A stretch of DNA of 64,000 bases from Camelus dromedarius (Eukaryota). Below are positions 62,250 through 64,000 of this stretch, in pieces; the stretch's first letter is position 1, and each line of letters opens with the position of its first letter. The notes below the pieces were generated by a model that did no database searches, was not told the origin of the DNA, and was given only the letters and a program-made list of their open reading frames with translations. The DNA lies in the NCBI RefSeq assembly GCF_036321535.1, contig NC_087436.1, forward strand, positions 7,254,001-7,318,000, given 5' to 3'. A program made the translations under genes and the position numbers.

Positions 62250-63490
62250 TTGAAAGGAATCTTTTTTTCTTAGTAGTAGATCTTAACAGTGACCTTAATG
62301 TATTTAGTAAATCATATTTTAAACAGATGTGCTATCATCCAGCCTTTGCTGTTCCATTTATAGAGCACAGGAAGAATAGATAAGAGCATAATTCTTAAAG
62401 GCCCTAGGATTTTCAAAATGGTACATGAGCATTGGCTTCAATTTAAGGTCACCAGCTACATTAGCCCCTAACAAGAGTCAGCCTGTTCTTTGAAGCTTTG
62501 AAGCCAAGCATTGACTTCTCCTCTCTAGCTATGAAAATCCTAGATGGCATCTTCTTCCAATAGAAGGTTCTTTTATCTACATTAAAAATCTGTTGTTTAG
62601 TGTAGTCACCTTTGTTAATGATCTGAGCTACATCTTCTGGATAACTTGCTGCAGCTTTCTGCACTTTTATGTTATGAAGATGGCTTCTGTCCTTGAACTT
62701 GATGAACTAACCTCTGCTATCTTCAAACTTTTCCTCTGCACCTTCTTCACTTCTCTTGGCCTTCATAGAATTAAAAAGATTTAGGGCTTTGCTCTGGGTC
62801 AAGCTTTGGTTTAAGGGAATGCTGTGCCTTGTTTGAGCTTCTATTCAGACCACTCAAACTTTCTCCATATCAGCTGTTTCACTTTCTTATTAGTTATGTG
62901 TTCACTGGAGTAGCACTTCAGATTTTCTTCAAGAAGTTTTCCTTTGCATTCACAACCTGGCTAACTGTTGCAAGAGGGGTAGCTTTCATCCTATCATGGT
63001 TTTAAACATGTCTTTCACATTAAGCCTAATCATTTCTAGCTTTTGATTCAAAGTGAGAGGCATGTGACTCTTTTACCTGAACACTTAAGAGGCCATTCTA
63101 GGATTATTAATTGGCCTAATTTCAAAATTATTGTGTCTCAGGGAATAGGAAGGCCCAAGGAGAAGAGAAACAAAGGAACCACTGATCAACAGAGCAGACA
63201 GAAAACACAAGACATTTATCAACTAAATATGCTGTCATGAACAAGTATGGTCGGTGGCGCTACCAAACAATTACAGTAGTAGATCACTGATCACAGTAAC
63301 ACAGCAAATACAACAGTAAGGAAAAATTTTAAGTATTGCAATAATTACCAAAATGTGACACAGAGACATAAAATGAGCAAATGCTGTTCCAAAATTGCAT
63401 AACACTGAAAGACTTGCTAGACTCAGAGTTGCCACAAACCTTCCATTTGTAAAAAATGCAGTATCTGTAAAGTTCAATAAAATGAGGTAT

Positions 63491-63632
63491 TTCCTAGAAA
63501 CAATGAACAGTACATATACATAAATTTAAAAATATGTGCAGTATATTATATATATGTATTTACATGCAATATATTGTATATGTGCAATCAAATTGTAATG
63601 ATCCTACCTAATAAAACTAAAAAACGAAAAAA
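63491..63632 (+). other. 142-bp polyadenylated retro-insert splitting the Tigger1 TIR
   Basis: TSD aaaatgaggtat at 63479-63490 and 63633-63644; aataaa (~63610) followed by an A-rich tail. Confidence 0.75.
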
Positions 63633-64000
63633 AAAATGAGGTATGCATGTATTAAAAATCTCCTTTAATTTCTCCTATTTTTTAAACCAAAATTCTACCA
63701 TTCCGTGTATGATTATAACATTTAAATTGCTAGTGATCTTATCTATATGCTTTTGAATATAATCTTCCAGCTTTTAAAAATTTAACATATTGACTATTCT
63801 TTTGTGAATTTCTCAAATGATATAGCAGTTTTAATTTTGTGTTTAAGAAAGGAAAATCTCAAAGTGTGCATAATGTTAAATTTTTATTAATTTCTCAATT
63901 TAATTTAAAATAAGAACTTAAATTTAAATTCCACACTGAAGGAAACAGAAATAGTTAAAATAACTCTATCATACATAAAATATTGAAATTTTGGCTTTAA

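Larger units (their letters stand above)
61012..63649 (-). mobile_element. Near full-length Tigger1 (pogo/TcMar) DNA transposon with decayed transposase
   Basis: TIRs ta|cagagatact and gaggtatgcatg|ta. Transposase fragments [22 protein letters not shown]...[16 protein letters not shown] (62461-62664) and [20 protein letters not shown]...[16 protein letters not shown] (61781-61972), with many frameshifts. Confidence 0.93.

Noticed and set aside
61200..63200. Domesticated TIGD1-like gene
   Set aside because: The transposase is broken into short fragments, interrupted by a SINE and still bounded by TIRs and TA duplications.

Overview
Repeat-rich, AT-rich mammalian genomic DNA, most likely camelid (camel/llama/alpaca). 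Four tRNA-Ala-headed SINEs with the tail ...AATAAACCTAATTACCTCCCC-polyA match the camelid Vic-1 family as I recall it. I could not recognise any host protein-coding gene, RNA gene or prokaryotic system. The only ORFs I can identify are decayed LINE-1 ORF1/ORF2 and Tigger1 transposase fragments. The window is intergenic or deep-intronic. It holds L1s of several ages, about 15 ERV1-type solo LTRs (many with verifiable TG...CA ends and 4-bp TSDs, four of them MER41-like), MaLR/ERVL LTRs, MIR/L2 relics, MER33/MER20/MER5A/MER8-like DNA elements and a near full-length Tigger1. The most interesting structures are: (i) an ~8.1-kb block inside an older L1MC that carries non-L1, CpG-rich sequence beyond the L1 5' end (candidate 5' transduction); (ii) two orphan polyadenylated-looking inserts; (iii) a six-LTR nest at 19.9-23.8 kb that includes an inverted MER41-like pair; (iv) STAT-type motifs at the conserved MER41 position; (v) a phased triple E-box repeat; and (vi) a template-switch palindrome. 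I found no convincing novel multi-gene system. Family names come from recalled consensus sequences and need RepeatMasker/Dfam confirmation. Boundaries without TSDs are approximate.
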